From the NCBI GenBank assembly GCA_963665125.2, contig CAXXUK010000001.1, forward strand, positions 2,976,001 through 3,040,000: 64,000 nucleotides of DNA, written 5' to 3'. The notes under the pieces are model-generated. The model was not told the DNA's origin. It worked only from the letters and a program-made list of their open reading frames with translations, and did no database searches. Of the stretch, positions 1-9,173 are shown piece by piece (the stretch's first letter is position 1; each line of letters opens with the position of its first letter). A program made the translations under genes and the position numbers. This DNA comes from an uncultured Desulfarculus sp. Lineage in GTDB: Bacteria > Desulfobacterota > Desulfarculia > Desulfarculales > Desulfarculaceae.

Positions 1-1175
1 TGTTCGAGCAGACCTGCGTCTCCGGCGACAATGGCCTTTTCCGACGTGGTCTTGATGCTGATGTCGATCATTTTGGGGATCGTTCGGGAAAGCAAATCCA
101 CCGACTGGCGCAATAGGTTGTTGATATCGAGCTTTTGAAATGACGGCTCCATCTTTCGGCTGAAAGTCAAAAGCCGCCGAACCAACCCCGCTCCCCGTGC
201 TATGGAGCTGTCCAATTGCCGAATGCGCTGGAGCTGTTTGTCCGAGATGTCGTTGGCCATGGTCAGAAGTTCCATGTGGCCGCCGATTGTTTGCAGGATA
301 TTGTTGAAGTCGTGGGCCACTCCGGCGGCAAGGCTGCCGATTGCTTCCATTTTTTGGGCATGAACCAGCCGTTGTTCCAGCTTGCTGCGTTCCTGTTCCA
401 GCCGTTGCCGTTCACTAAAGTCCACGATTGTCAAAAGATCGGCCGGCCTGCCGTTGTAGTTGACGGTTCGGGAATATATCTCGGTGAATTTGGTCTGGCC
501 GGTGCGGGTTACGAAGCGCAGGTGATAGTGGGTGACGATGCCGTCCTCGCCCGCTTGTTTGCGCCTGGATTGCTCTCCGGCAAAGGCCCGGTCTTCGGGA
601 TGAACGGTTTTTAGGAATTCCGCCGGGCCCCAGGAGTACAGGTCTTCGGCGGTGTACTCCACCAGTTCGGCCAATGAATTGTTGGCATAGACGAAACAGC
701 CGTCCTGCAAAATGCCCACGTTTAGCATTGTCTGCTCGGAGATGAGCCGGAACTTTTCCTCACTTTCCTCCAGGTCTCTTTGGGCCTTTTTACGGTCGCT
801 TATGTCGTTGACTATGGATAAAAACGCCACTTCGTCATCAGACGTTGTCACGGGCGATGAAATCACCTCGACATCCACCAACTCGCCGTTTGCCTTGCGG
901 TGGACGGTTTCGAAGCGTTTCAGGTCTTTTTGGCCAATGCTTCGAAGCAGAGCCTCGATCTCGCCTTTGCCCATGGCATTAAGCTCAAAAATGTTGATGC
1001 CAACAAACTGTTCCTTGGAATACCCATAAAAATCCTGGGCGCTTCTGTTGGCGTCATATATGTTGCCGCTGGCGGGATCGACAAGAAGAACGACCGCCGT
1101 ATGCTCACTGAGCATGGGGCCCAAATGAGGCGTTTGAGTTGAATCTGATGAATGTGTGAAAGTCTTGCTTTCCAT
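1..1175 (-). CDS. PAS-PAS sensor histidine kinase, partial (runs off the left edge)
   Basis: Not in the ORF track (no stop inside the window). Manual translation from ATG 1175 gives MESKTF..VLLVDPASGNIYDANRSAQDFYGYS (PAS), a second PAS (..YANNSLAELVEY..VHPEDR) and the H-box HAQKMEAIGSLAAGVAHDFNNIL. Confidence 0.9.
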   Translation of the reverse strand, partial: MESKTFTHSSDSTQTPHLGPMLSEHTAVVLLVDPASGNIYDANRSAQDFYGYSKEQFVGINIFELNAMGKGEIEALLRSIGQKDLKRFETVHRKANGELVDVEVISSPVTTSDDEVAFLSIVNDISDRKKAQRDLEESEEKFRLISEQTMLNVGILQDGCFVYANNSLAELVEYTAEDLYSWGPAEFLKTVHPEDRAFAGEQSRRKQAGEDGIVTHYHLRFVTRTGQTKFTEIYSRTVNYNGRPADLLTIVDFSERQRLEQERSKLEQRLVHAQKMEAIGSLAAGVAHDFNNILQTIGGHMELLTMANDISDKQLQRIRQLDSSIARGAGLVRRLLTFSRKMEPSFQKLDINNLLRQSVDLLSRTIPKMIDISIKTTSEKAIVAGDAGLLE

Positions 1176-1298
1176 CTTACCCGGGCTTGGTTATATGAGG
1201 TCTTTGTTTTACCCCCAAATTATGGCTGTGTGACCGTATTTCGGACACATCGTATGCTTTCTATTTATATCAAATATAGTGACATATTGTAATCAATG

Positions 1299-1327
1299 AA
1301 AAAGGCTCCGCCCGATGGACGGAGCCT
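1299..1327 (-). terminator. Rho-independent terminator after the purB-lipoprotein operon
   Basis: Stem AGGCTCCG/CGGAGCCT followed by a T-run on the minus strand (AAAAA at 1299-1303 on +). Confidence 0.7.
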
Positions 1328-1349
1328 GATGCAACGTGCGGCTGCCCGC

Positions 1350-1988
1350 CTAACGCAAAATCATGGGCATTTCCAGGGAACCGGGCGCTCCGGTTATCAC
1401 CAGGGTGGCCTTTGTCTCGCCGGCCTTTAGTAGAGGCTGGCCGTTTTCGTCAAGCAGGGGGAAGCGGATCTTGTACAGGTTGGACCATTGGCCCCAGAAG
1501 GGGTACAGGGCCATGTTGATGGCGCTGCGCTTGCGGATGCGGCGGCGGTCAATGGGCACCGCGGCCCGGCCGTCATCCGAGAGAAGGTAGACCCTGTAGT
1601 TGGGGTTCTGTCCGCTCAGGTTGTTCCATTTTTCATCGGGCAGATAGATGCTCATCACGATGTCATAGTATTTGAGGAACTCGGCTTTTTGGTCGGCCAG
1701 GGCGGCCATCTGCATGTTTTCGGTCAGGCCGAAGGCGTCGGCCCTGCGCACGACCATGGCTTGGCGCACGTCCCAGTTCAGGGGCAGGGCCGAGCCCATG
1801 ATCACCATGGCCGCGGCGTCGTGGCGCTGCTGGTTTACCAGATACTTGTTAGTGACCTTTTCATAGGCCACCTGAATGGGCCGTTGGCTGGGGTCGAACT
1901 CGGCCTGGACCTTTTTGGCCGTTTCACAACCGGCGACCATAAATAGACAAACAAGTACGAGGGTAAAAACAGCGCCGCGCAGTCTCAT
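1350..1988 (-). CDS. Hypothetical lipoprotein
   Basis: 212 aa; signal peptide with lipobox VAGC; starts 2 bp after the purB stop. Confidence 0.75.
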   Translation of the reverse strand: MRLRGAVFTLVLVCLFMVAGCETAKKVQAEFDPSQRPIQVAYEKVTNKYLVNQQRHDAAAMVIMGSALPLNWDVRQAMVVRRADAFGLTENMQMAALADQKAEFLKYYDIVMSIYLPDEKWNNLSGQNPNYRVYLLSDDGRAAVPIDRRRIRKRSAINMALYPFWGQWSNLYKIRFPLLDENGQPLLKAGETKATLVITGAPGSLEMPMILR

Positions 1989-1990
1989 GC

Positions 1991-3304
1991 CTAGGCTCCT
2001 TCCTTCCCGAAGACCTGATCAAAGATATAGTCGGCGTTTTTCAGGTGAACCGCAAGGTCAAATTGCTTTTCGATGAGCGCGGCCGCGTCCGGGCCCAGGG
2101 CCGTCATCAGTTCTTCGTCGTCCAGCAGCCGCTGTTTGAAGCTGCCGCCCTGCTCCCAGGTGGCCATGGCGTTGCGCTGGACCATGCGGTAGGCGTCTTC
2201 CCGGCTGACGCCGGCGTCCACCAGGGCCAGAAGCACCTGCTGGCTGTGGATCAGCCCGCCGGTCTGGTTGAGGTTCTTGAGCATGTTGTCCGGGTAGACC
2301 ACCAGCTTTTCGATGACCCCGGCCAGGCGGTGCAGGGCGTAGTGGGCCGCGACGTTGGCGTCCGGGCCGATGGTGCGCTCCACCGAGCTGTGGCTGATGT
2401 CCCGCTCGTGCCACAGGGGCATGTCTTCCAGGGCGGCCAGGGCATAGGCCCGCAGCAGCCGGACCTGGCCCGAAAGGTTTTCGCTGGCGATGGGGTTGCG
2501 CTTGTGGGGCATGGCGCTACTGCCCTTCTGGCCCTTGCCGAAGCTTTCCTCCACCTCCAGCACCTCGGTGCGCTGCAAGTGGCGGATCTCAATGGCCAGG
2601 CGGTCGATGGTGCCGCCGATGATGGCCAGGGTGCAGAAGTATTCGGCCAGGCCGTCGCGGCTGACCACCTGGGTGGAGGCCACCGCCGCGTCAAGGCCCA
2701 GTTCGTCCATGACCATGGTCTCAAGTTCAGGGGGCAGGTGGGCGTAGGTGCCCACCGCGCCGGAGATCTGGCCCCTGGCCGCGGCCTTGATGGCCCGCTC
2801 CAGGCGCACCCTGTCCCGCTGGAATTCGGCGTGGAACCCGGCCAGCTTGATGCCGAAGGTCACCGGCTCGGCGTGGATGCCGTGGCTGCGGCCCATCTGG
2901 GGCGTGTACTTGTGCTCCTTGGCCCTTTGCTCCAGGGCGGTCAATACGCGGTCCATGGCCTGGAGGATCAGCTCGCCGGATTTTTTGATCAACAGGGCGT
3001 AGGCCGTGTCCAGGACATCGGAGCTGGTCATGCCCATATGAATGAAGCGGCTGGACGGGCCAACGTATTCGGCCACGTTGGTCAAAAAGGCGATGACGTC
3101 GTGGCGGGTCTCTTTTTCGATCTCCTCCACGCGTTCCACGGCGAACGAAGCTTTATTTTCGATCTGGGCCAGGTCGGCGTCGGGAATCTTGCCCAGCTTG
3201 TTCCAGGCGCGGCAGGCGGCGATCTCCACCTCCAGCCAGGCTTGGTACTTGCTCTCGTCGGTCCAGATATTGCCCATCTCGGGCAGGGTGTAGCGTGCTA
3301 TCAC
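1991..3304 (-). CDS. purB: Adenylosuccinate lyase
   Basis: MIARY start, RHDVIAF, GRSHGIHAEP and the fumarate-lyase signature GSSAMPHKRNP; RBS GGAGG upstream of GTG. Confidence 0.97.
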   Translation of the reverse strand: MIARYTLPEMGNIWTDESKYQAWLEVEIAACRAWNKLGKIPDADLAQIENKASFAVERVEEIEKETRHDVIAFLTNVAEYVGPSSRFIHMGMTSSDVLDTAYALLIKKSGELILQAMDRVLTALEQRAKEHKYTPQMGRSHGIHAEPVTFGIKLAGFHAEFQRDRVRLERAIKAAARGQISGAVGTYAHLPPELETMVMDELGLDAAVASTQVVSRDGLAEYFCTLAIIGGTIDRLAIEIRHLQRTEVLEVEESFGKGQKGSSAMPHKRNPIASENLSGQVRLLRAYALAALEDMPLWHERDISHSSVERTIGPDANVAAHYALHRLAGVIEKLVVYPDNMLKNLNQTGGLIHSQQVLLALVDAGVSREDAYRMVQRNAMATWEQGGSFKQRLLDDEELMTALGPDAAALIEKQFDLAVHLKNADYIFDQVFGKEGA

Positions 3305-3560
3305 GGTTGGTCCTCCAAAATATTGATCGCGCCCGGTGCATTGACCGGCCGCGCGGTCTGCAATCCATCGTAGTGCCTGGGGCCGCCGCAGTCAATGCAA
3401 TGGCCCCCGCGGCCAAGATTATATAGCAAAGCGCGGGGCGCGCCCTCCTTTGGCTTGGTTCGCGCCCTGCCATGTTTTTGGGAAACGCAGCAGGAGCCCC
3501 CCGCCGCTAGGCCATTTATGGTTTGGCTGTATGGCGGAGACAATCAAAGGGGGAAACGCC

Positions 3561-4028
3561 GTGAAACTGAGTTTGAATCTTAAATCAACCGACAGCTTGG
3601 GCCGGATTCTGCTGGAGCCCGAAAAAATGACTGCGCATGTGGAAACTCCTTCGGTCTTTGATCATGAAGGCCGCTATGACCTGGACACCATGGTTGAAGG
3701 GCTTCTGGACGGGTTTGCCAAAGCTGTCGGAGTGTTGCCCGAGCGACTATCCTGCAGCTTGGAAGAATTCATCGATATCAAGCAGAATCTGGCCGAGGAT
3801 TTAATATCCCACATACGCCAAGCCAGAAACGTCCTGCCGGTATTTGACAAGGACGGCGAACCGGCAACAAACCGGGAAGGCCTGACGGTGGTTCCCCTGA
3901 AAGTGCGCGGCTCCGGGCGCAAGCTCGTGTTGGAGATCAGAACCGACGAACAAGGGGAACTGGACACAGATCACATTATCGACCAAATTGAAGGATGCTT
4001 CCGGGAGATGCTCCATGTCGCGAATTGA
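3561..4028 (+). CDS. Hypothetical protein
   Basis: GTG at 3561 after AAAGGGGG RBS, in frame with ORF 3450..4028; overlaps the start of the next gene. Confidence 0.7.
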   Translation: MKLSLNLKSTDSLGRILLEPEKMTAHVETPSVFDHEGRYDLDTMVEGLLDGFAKAVGVLPERLSCSLEEFIDIKQNLAEDLISHIRQARNVLPVFDKDGEPATNREGLTVVPLKVRGSGRKLVLEIRTDEQGELDTDHIIDQIEGCFREMLHVAN

Positions 4029-5073
4029 TATTTTTACCGAACAACAAAAAGCCATAATTGCCAAAGATGCTCCGGCGTGGCTGGAGGGCATGGGCGTGCA
4101 GCCCGTGGCCAAGGTACCTGAATTTATTTTGGATACGGAGAATGTATCCATGGATCAGTACGAGCTGAAACTTAAAGTGTTGTCTTCAAACAATATGAAA
4201 ATTGTTCGCCAGATAAAGGTGAGCCTTGATAAGAACGGCAGACCAGATTTTTCCGATATTGATTGGATTGCCGGACAGCTATATGACAATGTAGCCGGGG
4301 TGGTGATAGCAAGGCACGGATCGAAGAGGGTCAAGGAGGTGTCCGAATCGCTTCGGGAGCAGATAAGCGATTACGCTGATTGGCTCAGGGAATCGTTCAA
4401 AACAATAACCAGGGAATTTTTACGGGAGGTGGATAAAAGCCTGACCCAACAAGTTGCCGATGCCGAGCGGCTGGCCGAAATGGTTAGGGAAGAGTTAGAA
4501 AACATACGCAAGTCCGCCGAAAATGCCAAGCCCTGCCAGTCGGCAGGTGAAAGGACCGTCGTCGAGATCAAGCCAGCGGGCTTTTCCAATGCGTTTCAAA
4601 ATGTGTTCAGTGGGTTGTGGAACGCCACACCGGAGGTCACAGGCAAGCTAAACTCTCTCTCGAGCCGGGTGTTTTCCAGTATGCTTAAGCATCAGGAATG
4701 GCATGATACTGTGGAGTTGCATAGCTGGAAGACCTTTTTTAGGGCAATGGGCTGTGTAATAGCTATAACATTGTACATATTTGCGGAAACCGCACTAATG
4801 GTTGTTGAACAACTTTTCAAGGCGGTACCGCTTGGTTTTTCAAAGTGGTGTGTGTCGAAATTACCTAAAAAAGTAAACAGATATAAAAAGATATTTTACA
4901 GGTTGCCAGACAGTATCGATGATGGAAATACGTTTTATCAAACATTTCAAAAGGCAAAAGGGTTTGATGACTTTATCTTTAATGAAATGAATGCAATGGA
5001 AGAAAAGGCAAGGCGAATCGCTGTGGTTACTCGTTGGATCAAAGGCAAATTTTACCCAGAGGATACTAAATGA
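4015..5073 (+). CDS. Hypothetical protein with coiled coil and a C-terminal hydrophobic segment
   Basis: ATG 4015 after GGGAG; long ORF in AT-richer DNA; coiled coil SLTQQVADAERLAEMVREELENIRK; hydrophobic stretch MGCVIAITLYIFAETALMVV. Confidence 0.75.
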   Translation: MSRIDIFTEQQKAIIAKDAPAWLEGMGVQPVAKVPEFILDTENVSMDQYELKLKVLSSNNMKIVRQIKVSLDKNGRPDFSDIDWIAGQLYDNVAGVVIARHGSKRVKEVSESLREQISDYADWLRESFKTITREFLREVDKSLTQQVADAERLAEMVREELENIRKSAENAKPCQSAGERTVVEIKPAGFSNAFQNVFSGLWNATPEVTGKLNSLSSRVFSSMLKHQEWHDTVELHSWKTFFRAMGCVIAITLYIFAETALMVVEQLFKAVPLGFSKWCVSKLPKKVNRYKKIFYRLPDSIDDGNTFYQTFQKAKGFDDFIFNEMNAMEEKARRIAVVTRWIKGKFYPEDTK

Positions 5074-5146
5074 TAAGGAAGTTTAACAACGTCCTACAAG
5101 GATAACTTCATTTCGTATAGGGGAATAAATTCTTAGATGGGCGAGG

Positions 5147-5638
5147 ATGAAAATTAGGCACCCAACTGAAATGTTTAAAAAATTAATTCAGCGGCCGTGG
5201 GACATCAAGGGCCTATGTTTTTGGGGCTTTGTGACCATGGTTATCATTGATCAGCTTTTTCTGCATTCGCCCCAGGGTAGGCAGATTCAGACCAAGATCG
5301 CAATTTGTTGCTTTTTCTGGCTATCTTTTGTTTTGGCCGACTGTCTTTGGCGAGACATAAAAAATAATCATGACGGTGACACAGCATTTGTGCCCAGTTT
5401 TTTGATTTTTTCGGCGATTCATGTGGGAGTTGTGGCGTATCTTCTTTTTTCAATGATGGATAACGGAAACGTTGTAATGGGTACGAGTGTAATAAACGGT
5501 GTTGCTATCTACTATGCCGTCACCATCGTATCCACCGCCGCCTGGCTGCGGGGCCGCTTCCGGGCCCGGCGCTTTCGCCGGATCATGGCCCAGCGCCGGG
5601 GCGCGCCGCCTGCGGGCCGGGGGAAAATATCCGCATAA
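5147..5638 (+). CDS. Hypothetical membrane protein (~4 TM)
   Basis: 163 aa with four hydrophobic segments and a basic C-terminal tail; GAGG before ATG. Confidence 0.7.
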   Translation: MKIRHPTEMFKKLIQRPWDIKGLCFWGFVTMVIIDQLFLHSPQGRQIQTKIAICCFFWLSFVLADCLWRDIKNNHDGDTAFVPSFLIFSAIHVGVVAYLLFSMMDNGNVVMGTSVINGVAIYYAVTIVSTAAWLRGRFRARRFRRIMAQRRGAPPAGRGKISA

Positions 5639-5659
5639 AACGCGCAATCGATGGAATTA

Positions 5660-5689
5660 ATATAGTCAATACAGGGGGATTGACTATAT
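5660..5689. promoter_or_regulatory. AT-rich inverted repeat, putative operator upstream of the PilZ gene
   Basis: ATATAGTCAAT-N8-ATTGACTATAT (perfect 11-bp arms), containing a TTGACT -35-like hexamer. Confidence 0.45.
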
Positions 5690-5772
5690 AGTTACATTTC
5701 GGTTAAAAACACTATGGCAAAATAGCCGCTCAGCCTTATATCGCCACCCGGGGGAAACAAAGGAACAGGCCA

Positions 5773-6186
5773 GTGAGTGAGTCAACCAGCAAACTTGCCG
5801 CCATGGACAAAGAACAGCTGATCAATGAGGTGCAAAGGCTGCGGGGCCTGTTGGGGCAGTCCGGGAGCAACGCGGCAGCCGCCATCCAGCGGTCCGCGCG
5901 CGAGGACTTCAGCAGCAGCATTGAATTTATCTTTGATGTGGACGTGCTGGCCGCCAAGGGGCTCAACATATCCGCCACGGGCGTGGCCTTTACGGTGGAC
6001 CAGGCCCTGCCGGTGGAGCTTCGCTTCGAGCGTGACGGGCAAATCCATAATTACCGGGCCAGACTGGTGCGCACCCAGAGCCTGGACACGGGCGGGTTTA
6101 TCATGGCCCTGGAGTTTCAGGGCGAAGTGGAAATGCCCGAGTTGCCTCCGCCGCCCGGGGAGGACGACCCCAAGGTGATTCTCTAG
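5773..6186 (+). CDS. PilZ domain protein
   Basis: QRSAR followed by NISATG ([D/N]xSxxG) and a beta-rich region ending ARLVR..MALEF; the RxxxR motif is imperfect. Confidence 0.75.
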   Translation: MSESTSKLAAMDKEQLINEVQRLRGLLGQSGSNAAAAIQRSAREDFSSSIEFIFDVDVLAAKGLNISATGVAFTVDQALPVELRFERDGQIHNYRARLVRTQSLDTGGFIMALEFQGEVEMPELPPPPGEDDPKVIL

Positions 6187-6428
6187 CCGCCAGTCCTCGG
6201 CAAACCCCGCCCCGCTCAACGCCTCAGCCGCGCCGAACCATACGCCCGAAGCAGCGGACGCCCCTGCCCTGCGCGGTTTTTTTGGCGGGGTGCGTAAACA
6301 TTTCGCGCCAAGAGCGCCGGGTGGATAAATTTCTCCCCCGCCATTGGGCCACCAGTCCGGACCATTATCCAAATACCTTATTTAATTAATTATTTTTTTA
6401 TGGCCAAGTCAATTTGGGCGTGGCTGAC

Positions 6429-6444
6429 GGGCACTTTTTTTGCT
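6429..6444 (+). promoter_or_regulatory. Sigma-54 (-24/-12) promoter
   Basis: GGCAC-TTTTT-TTGC at 6430-6443, with an AT tract just upstream (~6372-6400); lies ~65 bp before the 6510 start. Confidence 0.65.
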
Positions 6445-6509
6445 AAGTAAGAAGTAGCGGCCCCTGATGCGTCATGTCATCAAAAGCCGATCAAACAAGG
6501 AGGAGGCTC

Positions 6510-7235
6510 ATGCTGCGATTAAGACAATGCCGTGGCGCGGCCACGGCCTGTGTGGCGGTGGCCTTGTCGGCCCTGCTCCTGATGCCGGCCGGTCAGGCGG
6601 CCGCCCGCGGTGGCCCCGGCGGACCGGGAGGCGGCGGCAACCCCGGATATAACAACCCAGGTCACGGCAACCCCGGATACAACAATCCGGGATATCCCGG
6701 CAGGCCCGGCGGACCGCAGTACCGCGACCGCATGCCGCCCGGCCACGGCAGGGTGATAGTCGGAGGCAATCCCTACTATTTTCACGGCGGGCACTACTAC
6801 CGGCCCATGCGCGGCGGCTTTGTGGCCGTGTTTCCGCCGGTGGGCCTGGTAATCCGCACCCTGCCGCCCGGTTTCGAAGTGCTGGTGGTGGCGGGCCTAA
6901 CCTATTACGTGTATGACAGCATCTATTACCAGCCCGCTCCGGGCGGCTACGTGGTGGTTTCCCCGCCGGCAACCGTGGCCGTGGCCCCGCCTTCTGGCAT
7001 GGTGGCTCCGCTCCAGAGCGACCGGGGCTCATGCGTGGTCATCGCCGCCGCGCTCAACGTGCGCAGCGGACCGGGCATGGCCTATCCGATCATTACGGTT
7101 GTCAACCAGGGCGACATCCTGGACCTGCAGGGACGCACTGGATCATGGATCTTTGTGCGGCTGCCCAACGGCAATGTGGGATGGGTTGACGGACAGTTCA
7201 CCACCCAAAATACCACGCCGCCGGCCAGCGGTTAG
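6510..7235 (+). CDS. Secreted Gly/Pro/Tyr-rich (DUF6515-like) protein with C-terminal bacterial SH3 domain
   Basis: AGGAGG RBS before ATG 6510; signal peptide; GNPGYNNPG repeats; YYFHGGHYY..PPVG..LPPG..YYVYDSIYY block; SH3b LNVRSGPGMAYPII..GWV. Confidence 0.8.
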   Translation: MLRLRQCRGAATACVAVALSALLLMPAGQAAARGGPGGPGGGGNPGYNNPGHGNPGYNNPGYPGRPGGPQYRDRMPPGHGRVIVGGNPYYFHGGHYYRPMRGGFVAVFPPVGLVIRTLPPGFEVLVVAGLTYYVYDSIYYQPAPGGYVVVSPPATVAVAPPSGMVAPLQSDRGSCVVIAAALNVRSGPGMAYPIITVVNQGDILDLQGRTGSWIFVRLPNGNVGWVDGQFTTQNTTPPASG

Positions 7236-7273
7236 TTTGTGAACGGCAATTGCGCCACCCAGGGGAGATACTG

Positions 7274-7789
7274 ATGAAACGTTGCCTGATTCTCATGTTG
7301 ATGCTGATGCTTATGCTGGCCATGGGCTGTGGGGGCCCAGGCAAGGGCAAAGGCGGACCGCCGCCGGACGGCCAGGCTCCGCCTCCGGAAAGCATGGGCC
7401 AGGAGCGGGCCGCCCCGCCAAAGGAACTCACCCCCCAGGAGCGCCTGGATCGCCGCATCCAGGACCTGGTCCAGATTCTGGTGTTGACTCCTGAGCAGAC
7501 CGGGCAGGTGCGCGATATCCTCGGCCGGTCCGAGGCCCAAAAGCAGGCCCTTGAACCGGAGGGCGGCCGGTGGGACAGCCCCGACGCCATGTCCAAATAT
7601 TTCCTCAAGCTGCGCCAGATCGACCAGCTCACGACCGAGGAACTGGGCAAGGTGCTCTCCAAGGACCAACTGAAAGAATACCAGGACTACATGGAAGACC
7701 AGCGCTTCCATCCCGTGATCAAGCGCGGTAAAAAAGGCGGTCCCAAACCTTCCGACGACAAAACCAAACCCCGGGACAACCGCAACTGA
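7274..7789 (+). CDS. Lipoprotein, possibly Spy/CpxP-like helical protein
   Basis: Lipobox LAMGC; LVLTPEQ and VLSKDQ (LTxxQ-type) motifs. Confidence 0.65.
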   Translation: MKRCLILMLMLMLMLAMGCGGPGKGKGGPPPDGQAPPPESMGQERAAPPKELTPQERLDRRIQDLVQILVLTPEQTGQVRDILGRSEAQKQALEPEGGRWDSPDAMSKYFLKLRQIDQLTTEELGKVLSKDQLKEYQDYMEDQRFHPVIKRGKKGGPKPSDDKTKPRDNRN

Positions 7790-7813
7790 TCCAGGCGGCC
7801 ATATAACCTAAAC

Positions 7814-7844
7814 CGGCCGGTCCTTCCCAGGGGCCGGCCGTTTT
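7814..7844 (+). terminator. Rho-independent terminator
   Basis: Stem CGGCCGGTCC/GGGCCGGCCG followed by TTTT. Confidence 0.65.
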
Positions 7845-8030
7845 CATGACGCCGCCAGGGCGGCGAACACCTTCACCGTAAAAATTACACTCATGCCCGT
7901 GCGTCCGTAAAAACCGGGCAAGGTAACCAGGCCGATGAATCTGGTTAGTTCCGGATGCCGTTTGCTACAATTGAAAACATGGATTCGCTATTCGCTTACA
8001 TTATTTTTTGCGTCTTTTGAGGAGAAGGCC

Positions 8031-9044
8031 ATGAGACGGATTTTTTCTACCCTTGCCGCTACGGTCCTCACTATATTTATCTGCGGCGTTGCCTGGGCCG
8101 ATGCAGGCTACTGGCGGGTCTCGGGCCAAGTCATCAACACCCGGACCTCACCACTGGGGACCCAAACCTGCCCAAAGGCGGGCCTTAGCCTGCGTGTCAA
8201 ATCACGCTGGGCCAATGGTCAGGGCTGCATCGTGGGTTTGTCCGGTGAGTGCCCCTGGGGGTCGTCCTGGGGCACCACCGTCACCGACTCCAACGGACGC
8301 TTTTCGCAGAAGAGCTATCACTTCCCGGACACCTCCAGAATGCGCGACATACTGATCCAATACCGTGAGTCAGTCGGCGGCCAATGGCGGACGCTCATTG
8401 TCATTTCCAACATAAGCGGGGCGACCCCACACTCCAAGTCGGGCAATGTATCGAACTACGCCCTGGGTGTGATCAACACCAGCCTCTTTGAATGCCCCAC
8501 CAACCTGCAACCAGCGGAAACGGACAGTGGGCCCGGCACCCCTCACACCGCCCCGGCGGGGCAGTCCCCAACAGGGCAAAAGAAGCCTCAGGCAACGGCG
8601 CTTTGCGGGCAGATGATACCGGGCGGGGGCATCATGCGCCCGGACTTGACTTTGGTTTCGGCCACGGTCATGCACCGGATCGGCCAACCCCAGGCCCCGC
8701 CCGAGCGCATATCCTGGCAGGTGGTGATCCGCAGCAACGGACCGGCCGACTATAACGCCGCGGGAGATTGCCGAACAGTGGTGCGGGCCGTTTTCGCCAT
8801 CAAAGACATGTCCGTTGACCGGAACTATGAACTGCCCATTCCCTCGCTGGCCGTTGGTGCAAGTGTCACGCTGACCGGCAACGGTAATCTGGGCGAGTTG
8901 AGTGAATCATCCGTGGCCAATTACCCGGTGACGTTTGTCATAGACCCGGACAACAAACTGCCCGAGGCCAACGAGACCAACAACAGCCTCATCGGTTGTT
9001 ACAACCTGGGCACCCAGACTTACACAGGCGGGGCCTGCCCCTGA
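8031..9044 (+). CDS. Secreted Cys-containing protein with C-terminal CARDB-like Ig domain
   Basis: GAGGAG RBS before ATG 8031; signal peptide ending AWA; RPDLTL...VIRSNG...IPSLAVGAS...VIDPDNKLPEANETNN. Confidence 0.75.
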   Translation: MRRIFSTLAATVLTIFICGVAWADAGYWRVSGQVINTRTSPLGTQTCPKAGLSLRVKSRWANGQGCIVGLSGECPWGSSWGTTVTDSNGRFSQKSYHFPDTSRMRDILIQYRESVGGQWRTLIVISNISGATPHSKSGNVSNYALGVINTSLFECPTNLQPAETDSGPGTPHTAPAGQSPTGQKKPQATALCGQMIPGGGIMRPDLTLVSATVMHRIGQPQAPPERISWQVVIRSNGPADYNAAGDCRTVVRAVFAIKDMSVDRNYELPIPSLAVGASVTLTGNGNLGELSESSVANYPVTFVIDPDNKLPEANETNNSLIGCYNLGTQTYTGGACP

Positions 9045-9079
9045 AAACAGCTTGGCTGCCGGGTAAATTGATGAATGAT

Positions 9080-9107
9080 GGCGCCCGGCAAAACCTTGCC
9101 GGGCGCC
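9080..9107. terminator. GC-rich hairpin between convergent genes
   Basis: GGCGCCCGGCAA-AACC-TTGCCGGGCGCC, a perfect 12-bp stem; no strong U-tract. Confidence 0.5.
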
Positions 9108-9173
9108 GTTGGTATGGCATGAAGGGGATACAAACAGTCGGCGGCGGGCCGGCCCACCGGCGGCTGTTGTTGA

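Noticed and set aside
3431..5610. GGGGCGCGCC on both sides of the AT-rich module as a target-site duplication
   Set aside because: Only 10 bp of pure G/C in a GC-rich genome; chance is likely.
6637..6696. 30-bp tandem repeat encoding GNPGYNNPG
   Set aside because: Ordinary low-complexity linker repeat inside the CDS.
7292..7318. ATGYTN hexamer run in the lipoprotein signal peptide as a phase-variation tract
   Set aside because: Imperfect and in-frame (Met-Leu repeats); slippage would not shift the frame.
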